A stretch of DNA of 64,000 bases, from NCBI GenBank assembly GCA_965153355.1, contig OZ231126.1, forward strand, positions 21,576,001-21,640,000. The letters run 5' to 3'. The translations under genes and the position numbers were made by a program. The stretch's first letter is position 1, and each line of letters opens with the position of its first letter. A model generated the notes under the pieces. It was not told where the DNA came from and searched no databases. It saw only the letters and a list, made by a program, of their open reading frames with translations. This document shows, in pieces, positions 27,674-42,900 of this stretch. Origin of the DNA: Flaccisagitta enflata. Lineage: Eukaryota.

Positions 27674-28147
27674 CCACTAACTAACGACCATCGGGGGAAA
27701 ACATGAGCTCCATAACCCATATCCGTCCACGCACGCCCACAGTTATGCCGATGGTCGTGCATTTGACAACTGTGGCCGCTTCTGACCCTCGACTGTGTTC
27801 TCGGTGACCTCGGCATCGGTCCAAGACGACCTTTGACCTCTTTTTAGGTCACGGCTTGAGACCCGCGGACGACATCTTAGGGACGCCGAGGAAAAACAGA
27901 ACTTGCATTTGACTGTAAGATGCCTATGCGGATATGTGTGGGGCACTTGCACACATGGGATGCTTTGGAATATGTGCAGTGTGCACACGAGCCGCTTCAG
28001 ATTAATCAATACTTCTTTAAATGATGAACAATAAGCCGTTGACATAAGATGTGTATCCCTATACCTCTCTATTTTGACCATCAGATCACGAATCTTTTTG
28101 CATATTGACAAACCTAGGCACAAACGGTTATGCCGTACAGTTATCAG

Positions 28148-28332
28148 TTTTTTTAGTCGCGTGCTACGCGAATCTACATCCCGCTATGTCGGTCAGTCAA
28201 TTCGTCACACTTTTCTTTTCGGCGATTATGGGATTTTCGCCTTTACTGCTCCTGCCCAAATGCTCCACTGACCTCAATTATGGCCCCTGCCCACCCACAC
28301 GCGACTGGGGTAGCCGTTTATCCGGCCTTGTT
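28148..28332 (+). mobile_element. HINE family 1 copy
   Basis: ttttagtcgcgtgctacgcga...cacgcgactggggtagccgtttatccggccttgtt. Confidence 0.7.
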
Positions 28333-28411
28333 ATTAACTATAATGGCAAAAAGAAAGTAAAGAAAGAAAAACAAGTTCGTGACAACAACGTTGCGTGCGA
28401 TTGTTTTGAAC

Positions 28412-28579
28412 AACAAGGCCGGATACACGGCCACCAGTTGCGGACGGGTGGGCAGAGGCGGAAATGCGCGTTTTCCCACTTTTCAACTCAAGCGTGACGC
28501 ACCACCGGACCAACGGACCAACGGACCGACGGACCGACGGACAAAGCCTCTTATAGAGTTGCATGTCCGCAACTAAAAA
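28412..28579 (-). mobile_element. HINE family 1-related copy (reverse orientation)
   Basis: aacaaggccggatacacggc...(GGAC)n...gagttgcatgtccgcaactaaaa; near-identical to 55380-55533. Confidence 0.7.
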
Positions 28580-30662
28580 GTTGCAAAGGAAACGCAGCTG
28601 ACACAACGGGCAAAAGTTAAACAATCCCCTCCAAATTTACAATGAAATAAGCAAGAATCTGTCAAACCCAAATCGTAGTCTTTCAAGATGATTTCGCTAA
28701 CCCTGAAAGAGCCTAAATATTGAAAACAAGTAACGCGGGGTCACAATATCTTTGCGGACGGGTTGGCAAAATAATGCTTGATAAAAGGCTACCCAATTCA
28801 TGTACAAGTAGGCAGAGGTAGTGACATTGGCTAAAAAGAATTGGGGCATGAGAGTGACATTAAAATCACTTGTAAACGTGAAAAAAACAGTCTCACTGAT
28901 CAATAGACCAACAGTTAGACTGATGTATAGACGGATTAATGGGCGGCAAGACCAACAGATGGTCAGACCGCGTAACGTAGTGGGTTACAGAGTTGCATGC
29001 ACACAACTTGAAAAACTGAATATTTTTGCTCTACTGTTTTTGTGAGCCTCATGATACTGCCAGCTTACAATGGTAATTTTTCACCTCTCTCAAAATAGAT
29101 ATAAAATGATTTTTAAGAAACCAGAAATCTTCACATGGTAACTTTTAATACCATCATTATTTGACACATTTACATAAAAGAAATGCTGTATTTGTTGATT
29201 GTTTTACATTTGAGGAGTTGACTGTGGACGAAATTCATTTTAGTCACTCTTAACTTGTGAACTAGGTTTTATTTTTATGATTTTACTAGAAATATCCAAT
29301 CCATTGTGTTCGAAACATGGGGTAAGATTTGAGAGAGCCAGCCGGGGTCAGAGCCAGCAAAACATGAGAGCCCGACAGCAAAATAGAAAGCCATGGGCTC
29401 GCGAGCTCGCGCTAAAACAAGGTCATTAGACCTAAGTCGCGTGCGTCGGCACTTTCAGAAAAGTCAGGCAGACAGATAGATGATCAGACTAAAACATTTA
29501 AAAAAGACCTTTGGACTAACAACAAAATGCCTTTAAAACAACTTTGTGACAAACTAATGGACAGACAGACAGATGGACGGACCAAAAAGGGACTTTTAGA
29601 GGTGTATGAATAACAAAAAAAAAACACATTCAAAAACAGGTAAAATGTCTTTAAATTGGCTGAAACACCCTTTAAACAAATTTGTGATGGCCAGACAGAC
29701 AGACAGACCAACAGACCAACCAAAAAGTGGCGTATAGTGGTTTTTAAATGCCTTAGAAACATTTAGAAACATTTAAAATGTCTTTATTTCGTGTGTAACG
29801 CCTTTTAAATAGTTTTGTGACGGACGGACCGACACTGAATAGAAATTTTTCGTGTCATCCGATCATCTTCATGTTTTATGGAGATGTTATCTAACCCAAC
29901 TTCACCTAAAATTTGAGCTCACTGCGACAAATAGTTGCGAAGATATTAACGCTCAAAGTTTTCTGGTTAGAGAAAAATCAGCTAGATTTGCTTTTTGGCC
30001 ATATTTGGGCTTGCATAAAGCTTTCTTTTTTTCTTTCATGTACCACATTTTTTGCTGAAGTTACTCAGGTTCAAGCATATATTCATAATCCTAAATTTCA
30101 GACCTGTCTGTTAAGCCGTCTTTGATTTATGATGGTTCAAAGTTTGAAAAAATGCCAATTTTTCGGCATCCATCAGATCAAGTCAAAACATGGGAAAATA
30201 TGTGTTTTAGAAGCTTTTAGTGTATGTGTCCGTGTTTGGAAGGGTGGGATGTTGGGTCTGGATGGGGGTTAGCCACCCCTGCGCACCCATATTGTGACCC
30301 CGCTTCACTTGTTCTTTTGAATGCCCATTTTGTGCCCATCCTAATGCTCATGATACCCTTGCCATTAATTCAATGAATTATGATAATCTTTTATTTTTGG
30401 TCTCCCACAATTGAAGAGGTATGGTATATCTAAGTTGAGAAGTTCAGATCGTTCCATGTTCATGCAATTGTGTTAACAAATTAGATACTGATGTCTATCA
30501 TGAATTGGTAGACCACTGCGGCCATAGGATGCAGGGTAAGAGGTGTCTCTTGTTTTTTGTTAAAATGTTAGTTCCTACAATGTCCGTTAGAAGCAGGACC
30601 AATAAGAGAGCAACTAACAAAAGGCAAACCAAGCGTTTCAACACGCAGCAAAAATTGGAAAA

Positions 30663-31075
30663 TACACTTTTTTTTTTATAAGAACCTAGTTTATAAGAAC
30701 ATCAAGGCTTCGAATGGCCCCAAAATTAAGAACATACAAAGGCTTCAAATCTTGAAAAAAAAATTGGCATCAAGTAATATTTAAAGAACATGAACAAAAC
30801 ACTAGCATCTTAGTATAATTAAGATAAAATCTTTTAATTTTTAATAAAAAACCAAAAAATATCCCCAGACATTAATGTTTAGCATTTGTTTTAATAGTAT
30901 TCAATAGAAATATATTTGATATAATCAAATAATAGTATATTACAAGGTTCTTTATAGTTCATATAGTATTTTGAATTAAAAACGCTCTAAGAACGTTGAA
31001 GGTTTCATTTGGCCTCAAAAATCAGAACATGAAGCCTTTGGAAAAAAAATGACGTTCTTATAAGAAAAAAGTGTA
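30663..31075. mobile_element. MITE family A copy
   Basis: Same TIRs and TA flanks as 8452-8954. Confidence 0.8.
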
Positions 31076-31221
31076 TAGCTCAAAGGATTACATGTCAAAA
31101 GGTCTGCAAAAGTTACATATCTCTGCATAGAACACTTTTCTTTTTTATTAGAACATCATTTTTTTCGTCAAACCTTCAATGCTAACCTAACATTTGTGAT
31201 TTTCTATGTAATATAGTATGA

Positions 31222-31651
31222 TACACTTTTTATTTTTTATAAGAATCTAGTTTATAAGAACATCAAGGCTTCAAACGGCCTCAAAATTAAGATCATCTTA
31301 AGAACATATAAAGGCTTCAAATTCTGAAAAAAAGATCTTGCAAATGGTAAAACTTCAAAACGTTGATAAAATACTCATTATTAATATGATTACTATGATA
31401 TTTTATTATTTTCAATCAAAATACTAAAACAGTTTCCTCAGATATGACATTTTAGTATCTATTTTAGTAGTTATTGGTAAGTATGTATTAAGTATTATCA
31501 CAGAATAATGAATTATAAGGTTTTTTTTAGTTTATATAGTATTTGAAATTAAGAACGCTCTAACAATGTTGAAGGCTTGATTTAGCCTTCAAAATAAGAA
31601 CGTGAAGCCTTTGGAAAAAAAATGACGTTTTTATAAAAAATAAAAAGTGTA
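31222..31651. mobile_element. MITE family A copy
   Basis: Same TIRs and TA flanks; diverged relative of 30663-31075. Confidence 0.75.
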
Positions 31652-31858
31652 CATATATATTATGGAAGAATCATTCAATGGATTAGACATGGTCAAAATT
31701 AACAAGGTGAAAATTTATTTGAATAGCTTCCTTGAAAATTTTCAAACAGAACTCTGCTCTTCATCAGTCGGAATGAAATAAGGCAATGACAAGAAGGAAA
31801 GACATAGACATATGGAGGAGAAGAGAGAGAGGAGAGACAATAGCCAGAGAGACAATTG

Positions 31859-31894
<36 letters not shown>

Positions 31895-32299
31895 AGTGAA
31901 GATACACTCAGGGAGTCCCTGGGAGTCCAAAATATGAGCACGCATTATAGAGTTGATGGTTGGGCTAGCTGGTGACGGTAGCGAATCCTTTGAGATTGTC
32001 TTTGAGGTTGAGGGCGTATATTGTCCAATTCTCGATTAAATATTATTCCATACTAACTTATAATGGTGGAATATAGATTAGTAAACATGTTTCAAGCAAT
32101 ATGGTACATATCATAATACAAATTATAAGGAAAAAAAATGAATGATTCTCTGCACGATTTTGTTTGGGAGTTTAATGCTGCCGAGAATTCTTAGAATTCA
32201 CGCTACCGAGAATCGGGGATTTTCACGCTACCGAGAATTCTCGGTAGCGTTAAATTAAGGATTAATAGAGAATTGTTTATCTTTTGTTCCATTGCTATT

Positions 32300-32311
32300 T
32301 TCTTTTCTTTC

Positions 32312-32400
<89 letters not shown>

Positions 32401-32820
32401 TCTTTTTTTTTTCACCATTTTTCTTTTTCATTTCATTTTTTTTCATTTTTTTTCTTTTTTTTTCTTTTTTTTTTCTTTTTCTTTTTTTTTCTATTGTTTT
32501 TTCTTTTTTACTTTCTATGTTTTGTTTTTCTTATTTTCTCTCCTTCTTTTTTCTTTCTCTCTTTTTCTCTTTTATTCAATCGTCCTCTCTTCCTCTCTTT
32601 TTTTTCCTTTCTTTGTTTTTTCTTCATATTTTTTTTTGTTTTCTTCTTCTTTATTCTTTTTCTTTTTGTCTTTGTTCCTTCTTTGCTTCCTTCCATTCTT
32701 CCTTTTTTTTTTGTTCCTCCCTTCCTCCCTTCCTTCTTTTTTTTCTTTTTTTTCTTTCTCTTTCTTTCTTTTTTTTTATTCATTCCTTCTTTTTTTCTTT
32801 TTTTTTTCAATATCTTTTTC
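32300..32820. repeat. (CT)n plus T-rich low-complexity tract
   Basis: Direct inspection. Confidence 0.9.
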
Positions 32821-33324
32821 ATCTCTTTATTTGAGTGCAATATGTCTTTTCATTAGTGCAACAAAAAATCAAAGAACAAAATAATTCTAATTCAAGACAG
32901 GCAATGATTAACAATTGAAAAAACAAATTAACTGCCTTTGAAGATAATGGCTTTCTCAATATAATCATCAAATATGTTTATGAAAAAATATTTTTGACAA
33001 TGAAATTCATAAATGTACACATGAAAACAAATCATTGAAAATTCTTTCTGATCAGAAATTACTCCTAAATAAATGGAATTTATCTTTAATATTTTGATAA
33101 CGAAGATGAAATGAAAAAGATTTGACAAAAAAATCTATAAAACTTTGTTTGATGAAAAAACATTTTCTATGAAAAAACTTGTATGAGAAATGATATCAAT
33201 TTTTCCATGAAAAATTCATCGTAATATTTTTATCTTCTTAAGGTTTTGACATTTTTTTTAAGGCGTTCCGTCCCACTGGAAACTTGTTCATCAAACTAAC
33301 ATGAGAGAGAGAGAGAGAGAGAGG

Positions 33325-33366
<42 letters not shown>

Positions 33367-33725
33367 TATTCTCAGTAACGACTATTTTTTACAATAATCA
33401 TCATAACTGAGAATTGATTTTAATGCTATGGAGAATATATATATATATATATGAAAACATAAATGAAATCGTTAATGCTACAAAGAATTCTCCTAACAGC
33501 ATTACCCTCTTTGTTTTCTTTGCGAATCCTCATGAACGAATTTAATTCGGAATAGCTTCGAGCGTAATCTATAAACCCAGCCAACCCTTAGCCCTAAAGC
33601 TAACCCTGTCCCTACCCCTAACCCTAAAACAATCCCCAACCCTAATTCTAACCCTAAACCGTCCCCTGACCCTCCGATGATCGTACAATTGCACCACTAT
33701 AAGTATAACACTGTATTCTGTTATA

Positions 33726-34134
33726 TACTACGCGAGTAAAGAAAAAAGCCGCACCCTATTGTAGGTGAGTGGGAGAGACAGAAAAAATCATTTTAAATAT
33801 TTTTTGTTCTTCTGATATTGAAAATTTTTGAATTTTTTTTTTTATTCTAGACCAATCCCAGTTCTGTATCTCAAACCATTTAAAAGTTAGAGCTTGTCAA
33901 AGTGTACCACTTTTCTAGAAAAATGCTCATTTTTCACTAAGATGGCAAAACTGAAAATGGCAATGTTCCCACTCTTTTTTATACCATTTCTAAACGAATA
34001 AAGCTAAAGATTGGAGCCAAATAAAAGTTCTCTTTGTGAGCTTTAAAATGGTCTAAGATTTTAATCAATTATTTTGAAATTCAATATGATAAATTATCAT
34101 TAAAAAATGCGGTTTTTTATTGATTCGCGTAGTA
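33726..34134. mobile_element. TA-flanked MITE
   Basis: tactacgcgagtaaagaaaaaagccgca...tgcggttttttattgattcgcgtagta. Confidence 0.65.
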
Positions 34135-34414
34135 TATATTTCAAAAATGGAAAGTTATAAGAACAACATTCAACTTGTTGATCCTTTCCAGACATTTCCA
34201 GACATCCATCCGTCATTCCATCCTTCTGCGCGTCTTTCTGTTCGTCCTTCCGTCCGTCCCCCCCCCCCCCCCATCATTGGCCATTGGGACTATGTGCGAT
34301 CCTTGGATGTCTGGTACCTCTTAATTTCTGTGACAAATTAGGCTCCTCCGCCCCCCCCCCCTGAGGCCCGGGCCTTATAATTTGTATAGGTTGTCTCTAC
34401 AGGCCACTAACGAT

Positions 34415-34864
<450 letters not shown>

Positions 34865-35942
34865 CTTTTCTTTTGTTTTTAAGAACAGTGTGTTTCAGAA
34901 AATTCCGCTAGAGTCTTTTTGCCGTTTGCTTAGAAACAAAAGATAAGTTTAACATGTTCAGAGTTACCAAAAAAATTAAACAAGGTAACTGCCAATGCAG
35001 TGATCAATGACACTTTACGGCCAGATTTGTTAACATATGAGCTTGGTTCTGTTGATCATCAACAAGACAGATTACAAGCAGGCCTTTTTTTAGTGATTTT
35101 TTTGACAGAGCCAGTCGGGCTCTCTCTGCCCAATTTTACAGAGCCCGACGGAAAAACAGTGAGCCCGGCAAAAATAACCATTTTTGCCAATTTCCTGATC
35201 ATATGAGCCTACCTTATAGCATTATAGCAGTGTTAACGCTGGCATAAAACAATGGCTTTTCTTTATTCTGTAAACAGAAATAAAGGGTACTACGAGAATA
35301 TCAATATCTGTATACTTTTACTATCAACATCAAGATGCATTTGCAAGTACGTATTTAAGTATTTGGGCAGAGGCAGTGATGCTTTTATGTCCCGTAAACG
35401 CCTACAGAGTTATCAATGGACCAATTGACTGAGTTATCAGTTATCAGTTACCAATTGACTGAGTTATCAATGGACCAATTGACTGAGTGGGGAAGCGTAG
35501 AACGCGACTAAAAGATGTTTAGCTCATTTATCTGATAGCTGTTCATATCTTATGATAGAGACAGTGGAAGAAATGCATTCGCTTTCTTACTTTATACTTT
35601 TGAGTAACTCTTAACTCGCAAACATCGCGCTCTCTTGAAATTTTACAAGAAAGATCAATCAAATCCACCAAAGTCTAACAAGTTTCACCAAATCAGAGAG
35701 AGCCTGCTGGGCTCAGAGCCAGCAAAAAGTGAGAGCCCGACAGCAAAATAGAGGGCCACGGGCTCGCGGGCTCGCTCTAAAAAAAGGCCTGAGTACAGAG
35801 CAAGACAGTCGCGGACTTTTGGGCAGGGGCCGTGATGCAAAAACCGCTCGAAATTCAACAATATTTGTTACCGACGTACCGACCGACACGGAAAGGTGCA
35901 GAGTCGCGTGTCTGCCACTAAAAATGCCCTAGGCTCTCACTA

Positions 35943-36552
35943 TTTTTAGTCGCGTGAACGCGACTCTAGAAGCCGCTGTGTCGGTCGGTCTGTCGGTCGG
36001 TCTGTCGGTCACGTAACTTTTTTGAAATATGGCTCTAATCTTCATTTTAAAGGTACTTTAGGGTACTTAAGGGTACTTAAGGGTACTTTAGGGTAATTCA
36101 AGGTACATTAGGTACTTAAGGGTACTTTAGGCTAGGAGGTACTTAAAGCACCTAAAGTACCTAAAGTCCTAAGGTCTTAAGGTCTTAAGGCCATTTAAGT
36201 CATTTTGAATGTAAAATAAATCATTTAAAATTAAATTCAGTCATTTCAGGTCACTTAAGTCACCCCTTAAGTCACTTAAGTCACTTAAATCACTTAAGTC
36301 ACTTAAGTCACCTCTTAAGTAACCTCTTAAGTAACCTCTTAAGTTACTTAAGGGTACTTTAGGGTACTTTAGGTACTTAAGGGTATTTTAGGGTACATTA
36401 GGTACTTAAAGGTACTTTAGGGTACTTCAGTCTACTTTAGGTATAAAGATAGGTATTTTTAGGTAATTATTAGTAATTATGTAATTACCTTGAGTACCTT
36501 AATTACCTTTATTACCTTTATTACCACGCGACTAAGGTTTGTTGACCTTGTT
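35943..36552 (+). mobile_element. HINE family 1 copy with expanded internal 9-10 bp tandem repeats
   Basis: tttttagtcgcgtgaacgcgact, (GTCG)n, (GGGTACTTAA)n and (AAGTCACTT)n arrays, ending cacgcgactaaggtttgttgaccttgtt. Confidence 0.7.
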
Positions 36553-37512
36553 TTTTTTGCTTCTTCTTCGTCCCTATCTCACAACTGCATTAAAGCCCAA
36601 TTCTCTCTTTATTTAACGCCTCAAAACTCAGTCTGGGGGTCCATATCTCAGCCTTGTGGCCAAGATGTCTGTGAGTGAGGAACCAGGGCAGTAAAGAGGA
36701 CGAAGTCCTATAGGCACACAGGGGGACTTTCATTCATCTCTCCTACGATCGATTTTAAGATGAGAAGATAAGAGATTGAACGAAAGTACTGAATATAAAT
36801 CAAACTAACAGACTTTGTTTATCTCTGCAGTATTTGGTTTGCCAATCCGTCAATGAAATTCCTTCCAAACTTTAAGTCCCAAGTATTCAGATTTGCGTCG
36901 GATCGTCATTCTTGATATCTTCATTGAATTTGTCAAATTATGTTTTTTTCAGTTTTTCACCACTTTGTCAGTGACCTGGCAAGTATTTGATTATGATAAT
37001 ACTTAGAAAAAAAATCTCATTCTCATTCTTTATGTTCATAGATTTGTTTTTGTTTTGAATCTTCATCTGTTAGTTGATTTTTTTTAAAGTTTTGTTTGAA
37101 TAGCTTACTTCAAATGTAAAACATATCAAAGCTTGAATGATAACTTATGATGACCTATGCTTTCACACATATGCAGAATTTTCTCCTCCTTCTTCTCCTC
37201 CTTCCCCTTCCCCTTCAAATCCCAGCCTCAAGGCCCAAATCCCAGCTTCGAGGCCCAAATCCCAGCCTGGATGCCAAAATCCTTGCCTCAAGGACCAAAC
37301 CCTAACCTGGAAGCCCAGATTCCAGCCTTTAGGCCCAAATCCCAGCCTTGAGGCCTAAATCTCAGCCTTGATGTTGGGATCTGACTTGTCAATGGCTAAG
37401 TCACTTGATTCCTTCAAGAAACGCCTTGATGAGAGGATCCTGAAGGCCAATTGACATGGTAAAGAGGTTTAATGGAACCCCTTAATAGCAGGTTTTTACC
37501 TGATTTTGTTGC

Positions 37513-38073
37513 TACACCGTCTTCGGATCGGACTGTGAAATGCAAAACTTTTATAGCTCCTAAACTATTTGGAAAAAAATCATGAAATTTTCAGTGAATA
37601 TTGGTAACATATGACGGTTTTTGCATGTCAAAGCTCAGATCATAGTATAGAAAAGGTGTAGGGGAAAAAGATATTGAAAGAAAACCCATTTTTTATCAAG
37701 ATCAATTTTTCCCCATTTCCTTAGAAAGGAGTTGTCTTTATCTGCTTGAAATTGCTTTGCATTTCAACAAAAACTTATGGATTTATTTTTAATGACAGAT
37801 TTTAACTTATGTATTATCGATTTGCTGCATATTCTGAGAAAAAAACAACACCTACCAAAAAAAGAATAGGTATAAAAAACGATTTTGCTTAAAAAATGGA
37901 TGTTTTTTCAATATTTTGTTTTCCCTACACCTTTTCTATACTATGATCTGAGCTTTGACATGCAAAAACCGTCACATATTACCAATATTCACTGAAAATT
38001 TCATGATTCTTTTCCTAGTGGTTTAGAAGCTATAAAGGTTTTCCATTTCACAGTCCGATCCGAAGACGGTGTA
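37513..38073. mobile_element. TA-flanked MITE with long (~180 bp) inverted arms
   Basis: tacaccgtcttcggatcggactgtgaaatg...catttcacagtccgatccgaagacggtgta. Confidence 0.85.
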
Positions 38074-39931
38074 GTGACTTGGTAAAGGTAATACCAAGAG
38101 TAAGCAAGGTGTCTTTTTACCCCATTTTTGGTCTTCTGTTTTTGGTAGAGAATACCAAATGTCTTGGTGTACTATGAAAGGTTTTATGTGTTACGTTTAC
38201 GTGCGAAAGCAGATGAGTGACGGATTATCCAGTTGAGTTGAACTTGAACTTGAAGAGGGCACGATGCAAAAATTCATCACTTTCATTTTGATCGAAAAAC
38301 CCAATTCCTGGGATGGTTACTGTGTATGAAATGCATTGACTTTTATCAGGGGAAAAAGAATTTAAATGAGAATTAAGATTTTTAAATCATCAAACATGGG
38401 TAAAAAGAACTACAGCATCAGTGGACAGGATGAATGTTATTTTATCTTCTTAGATTAAGCTGGAAAATTATAGTCAATGCTTGTTGAACTAGTAGATGTT
38501 GAATAAAAGAATTGGCTGTTCTGCCTTATGATCTGTCTGTCTATGCGAAAAATTGCATTTCTGCACTGTCATTATTAAGAAAGCGATAATTTTTAACCAT
38601 GATTTATTCCTTCAAATCCTTAGGCAGGATGAAATCGAGAATAGGACCACGGTTAAGATTCTTTTTATTTTCACCAAATCATCAAATCACCAAATCACAT
38701 TCGTGACAGTATTTACTTTCAAGATATTTTGTGTAGTACACATTCACGTAAATTACAACGTGAAAATCGCGGAAAAGATGTAGCATCCCCCCCTTGCAAG
38801 TCACGTCACCATAGCTACATTGATATGTGTGGTATCATTTGTTAGCTTGTCTTAACACAATTTACGCCAACATGGAGATTTTTTGAATGCATCTTCATCC
38901 TCAAGATAGTCACCCCAAGAGGGGGATTTTTTGATCCTCCGAGGGATGTCCAGTGTCCATCAGTGAATTTGAAATACAGTGTGTTTTTTCACATTTGTAA
39001 AATCATATGACGACATATTTCAAAAAGTAGTACAGGTAATTGACTTCTGAAAAAAGTTCATGGAAGGTATGAGAGATGCATTTTCTGATATGTACCTTTC
39101 TGGACTTTTTGACAAAAATCTGAACCTCTTGAAACAGGAAGAAATTTTGATCAAAAACAGCAAAAAAAGCCGTTATTTTGGGTTTTTGGTGGGACTTTTT
39201 TGTTTAAGTTTTTTTTATTTCTAAATGAATTGAGCTACAGATACCAGATTGGTCTCAAATTAGATCTTGTTTACAGTATTTTTAAGAAATACAATGAGGA
39301 AAACTTTTTTTCAACAGAATACCACATTTTGCATGAAGAAAATTTGTTTCTTTATCAAACTGCGGATCAAAAGTTGATTCATTGTTCACGCAATACTCTT
39401 AGATGTCAGATGAGTATTTCAACTAAAGTTATCCTCAAAACTACTTCAAAATACCTTTCATCCTAGACCAATCTGGTGTAAGAAGCTCAAACCGTTAAGA
39501 ATTGAGAGCAATTTAAAAGGAGACAGTACATTTGACAAGTTTTTGCGAATGAATACTTTAGATATGATGATATCTTGCTCTGAATATATTCAAAGGATCA
39601 GATTTTTAGATAAAAAATCCTGGCATTTACATATCATAAAATGCATCTTCTATACCTTACAGGGACATTTTACAGAAATCAATTATCTCAACTACTTTTT
39701 GAGTAACGTTGTCAAAGAATTTTACAAACGAGAAAAAACATACTGTATTTCCTCGATGGCGTAAATTGTGTTGAGACTTGCTACAGAATAATACCCCTAT
39801 GGTCCCTGTAGTGGCGGAAGCTGTTGGTGATGTCCTTTTTTGCTGCTTCCGCGATCTGCACGTTGTTATTGAACCTGAGTGTGTAGCTTTATGCATTTTT
39901 GCCTTTCATCAAGTTTTTTCATGTTCCTCAC

Positions 39932-42900
39932 TCAAACAGAAACATGAATAGTGCAGCAATCAAACTGATATCGTGCAGTATTAGTGTCGCACCGGACAAA
40001 ACGGAATTTTCGCAGGACTTCATTTTCGCCGCATTCAATTCTTTGTCTGTCCAAATATTCCAGCTTGTGATGTTTTCCACCTCCAAGAGCACATGGTGTG
40101 TATTTGGTCGTGCATGACAATATCGCTCCTAAGAAAAAGTAAGGTGATCTAAAGGCGTCATGTCATCGGTTAATCGCAGTTAAAACACATTTTTTTCCTA
40201 CCTGCTACTTTCCAATGACCTAAATACGAGTGACTTTTTGCACTGTGATGACATAGGGTGATGTGTGCCCTTAGATCAGTCTTCGTCATGGGCTCATCAC
40301 ATCAGTTTGTTTCTTCATCAGGAAGCCTATTCATCAAGATACACCGCTACCCAAAATGCGTGAGGTTAAGTAACGGTAGTGATGTAAAAGGCAAACCAAA
40401 TATTTTGGTAGGAGCAGTAATGCATAAACTGACCATAAACGCAAAAAAAAAAGAAACTAGTGTGACCGACCGACTAGTCGTCCGACAGACAGAGGATTTT
40501 GGTACTATGCGCCTGACTAAAAGTAAAAGAGGCAATCGCGGCACATCGAATGCCACATGCCACCACTTTTTTAGTCACGTGCACGCGACTCCACAACCCG
40601 CTTTGTCCGTTGGTTGGTTAGTTGGTTGGTTGATTGGTCGGTTGGTCGGTCACACTTTTTTTATGATTTTATTTCTTTGACCTCACTGCTCCTGCCCAAA
40701 TGGTCTGGTGACCCGCACGCCACCCGCCACTGCCCACCCACACGCAACTTCGGTAGCCGTGTATCAAATATTCCGTCACTTAAGCAAGATGAAAGCATGA
40801 AATCTTTAGCAGATACAGATTATATCAAATTCTTTCATGGGTAAAAATTTCATTTTGTTATTTCGTACCATTTTCAAGTTATAGGCTTTGAAATATGGTG
40901 ATAAAAACAAAGAATTTAAGGAATTAAACATGTGATTAATAAGCAACTTTGGGACTGTGAAGGTGTGGAAATGTTTACACAACCTTTTAGCATGAAATGC
41001 TTCGATATAGTACAGTAGATGTCGTCTAGACTTGGAATTACGAGGGAATTCATTACAGGAAGACAAATGAATTTAAGAGACTGATATTTGGAAAATAAAT
41101 TGATAAAAGGATGCTTTATCGCCCATGGGTGTCAGTTGCCATGAAAACACATTTCCATGTATTCACACTAAAGTATCAATTTTTTGAGAAATTTTTTGAG
41201 GGAACATTGTTTAAAGAAAAATTTGCTAGAACTTTCCCACATATATACTTTGGCGTGAATACGTGAAAATGTGCTTCCAGGGCAACCAACATCCATGGGC
41301 AATAAACCATCTTTTTATTTGTCTATATTCCAAATATCAGTCTCTTAAGTAGATTTGTCTTACAGTAATAAATTCCCCCTTATTTCCAAGTCTACACGAC
41401 ATCTACTGTAACTACTGTAACTATCTAGATAACAATTTGCAACATCATATCTTTTTTACATATCATGTGATTGCTAATTATGACGCACTTGTTTTTCAAA
41501 TTTTCAAACTCATTCCCTGTGGCGTGACCTGATCAAAAGATAGAGGGAGTATACAGTGGATCTTGTCTAGAATTGAAATAAAGGAGGCAAGCGTTGTCGA
41601 AAAACAAATGAAGCTAGGGGAGTGATATTTGAATCATAGACTAATAAAAGGAAGCTTTATTATCCATGATATCTAGTTGACACAATTGCATGTATTCTTG
41701 CTTAAATATCAATATTTTTAGATCTTCTTAGAGAATATTGCTTAAAATCAAATTGGCTACAACATTTCTGTAAGAATGTTGCTCATTTTGCGGTTGCTAG
41801 GGAGCATCACAAGGTTGTCACACATAGATATGCATATGCTCCCCGTCAACGGCCAAACAAGGGATGTTTTTGCTAAGAATATTGTGGGAAAGTTGTAGCA
41901 AATTTGAATTTAAGTAATATTTCCTCAAAAAATCTCCACTAAAATACTGATATTTTAGTAGTCGGAATAAGTTGTTATTTTATCAATATCAGTCCTCTAC
42001 CTTCATTTCTGTTCCCATAAAACTTGCCCCCGTCATCTCAAGTCTAGACAAGATCTACAGTACTGAAAGCCAGTGTCAGAAGCATTTAATGCAGCCCAAG
42101 GGCATGTGTCAGTATTGACTGCATCGGGATCTGACCTCGCTAAAACTTACATGGGAATTAAGAATACAGAATCTGAATGGCAGAAAAATGAATCTGTTAA
42201 AACGTTCGAGGTTTTTGACTTGGGCTCACTTACGGTGAGGACTCGTCTTCAGAACTTCGATTTGCTTTTTCAGGGCCTCCACTTCCGACTTCAGTGGATA
42301 CAATCCTTTCAAATATTGGAGTAAACCGACCTCGCCCACTTTCACTTTTACGTCGGGCTCTGTTAAGTGGAGTCAGAAGTCTATTTGATAAAATCATCCT
42401 CGTAGGCTCCCAATGAATAACTGAATCATTGAAGGATTACACCATGGTGAGGTATTGCCCTTGAGTGACTTCCCAAAAAAATTGTTATCATGATTCTTTA
42501 TTAGGGTCTATCATATGCGCATGCAAAATTTTTTGGCCATATTGCAACTTGCCTGTGACTGCTGTCACTCAAGGGCAATACGCAGTCTACGATACCCTTT
42601 GCCCCGCTGTTTATGATTGTGATTGCAAGTGTAAGGAGGCAGGGAAGCGGCTCCAAAGGGGAAGAAGTCTTGTAGAACACAAAGGATTTTCATATGTTCA
42701 GCCAAATGGGCAGACAGATGGACGGATGAATGGTTGATCAGATGGACACACGGATGGATGGATAAATGAATGGATGGACAAAGAAATGGTTGGATGGATA
42801 GCTTTGCATTTGTTTAAAAGGAACTCTTACCCTTTTGGAGCCGCTGCCCAAAAATGAACTCATTGTGATAAGACTTCGTGTATAGATACAAAAACACGAC

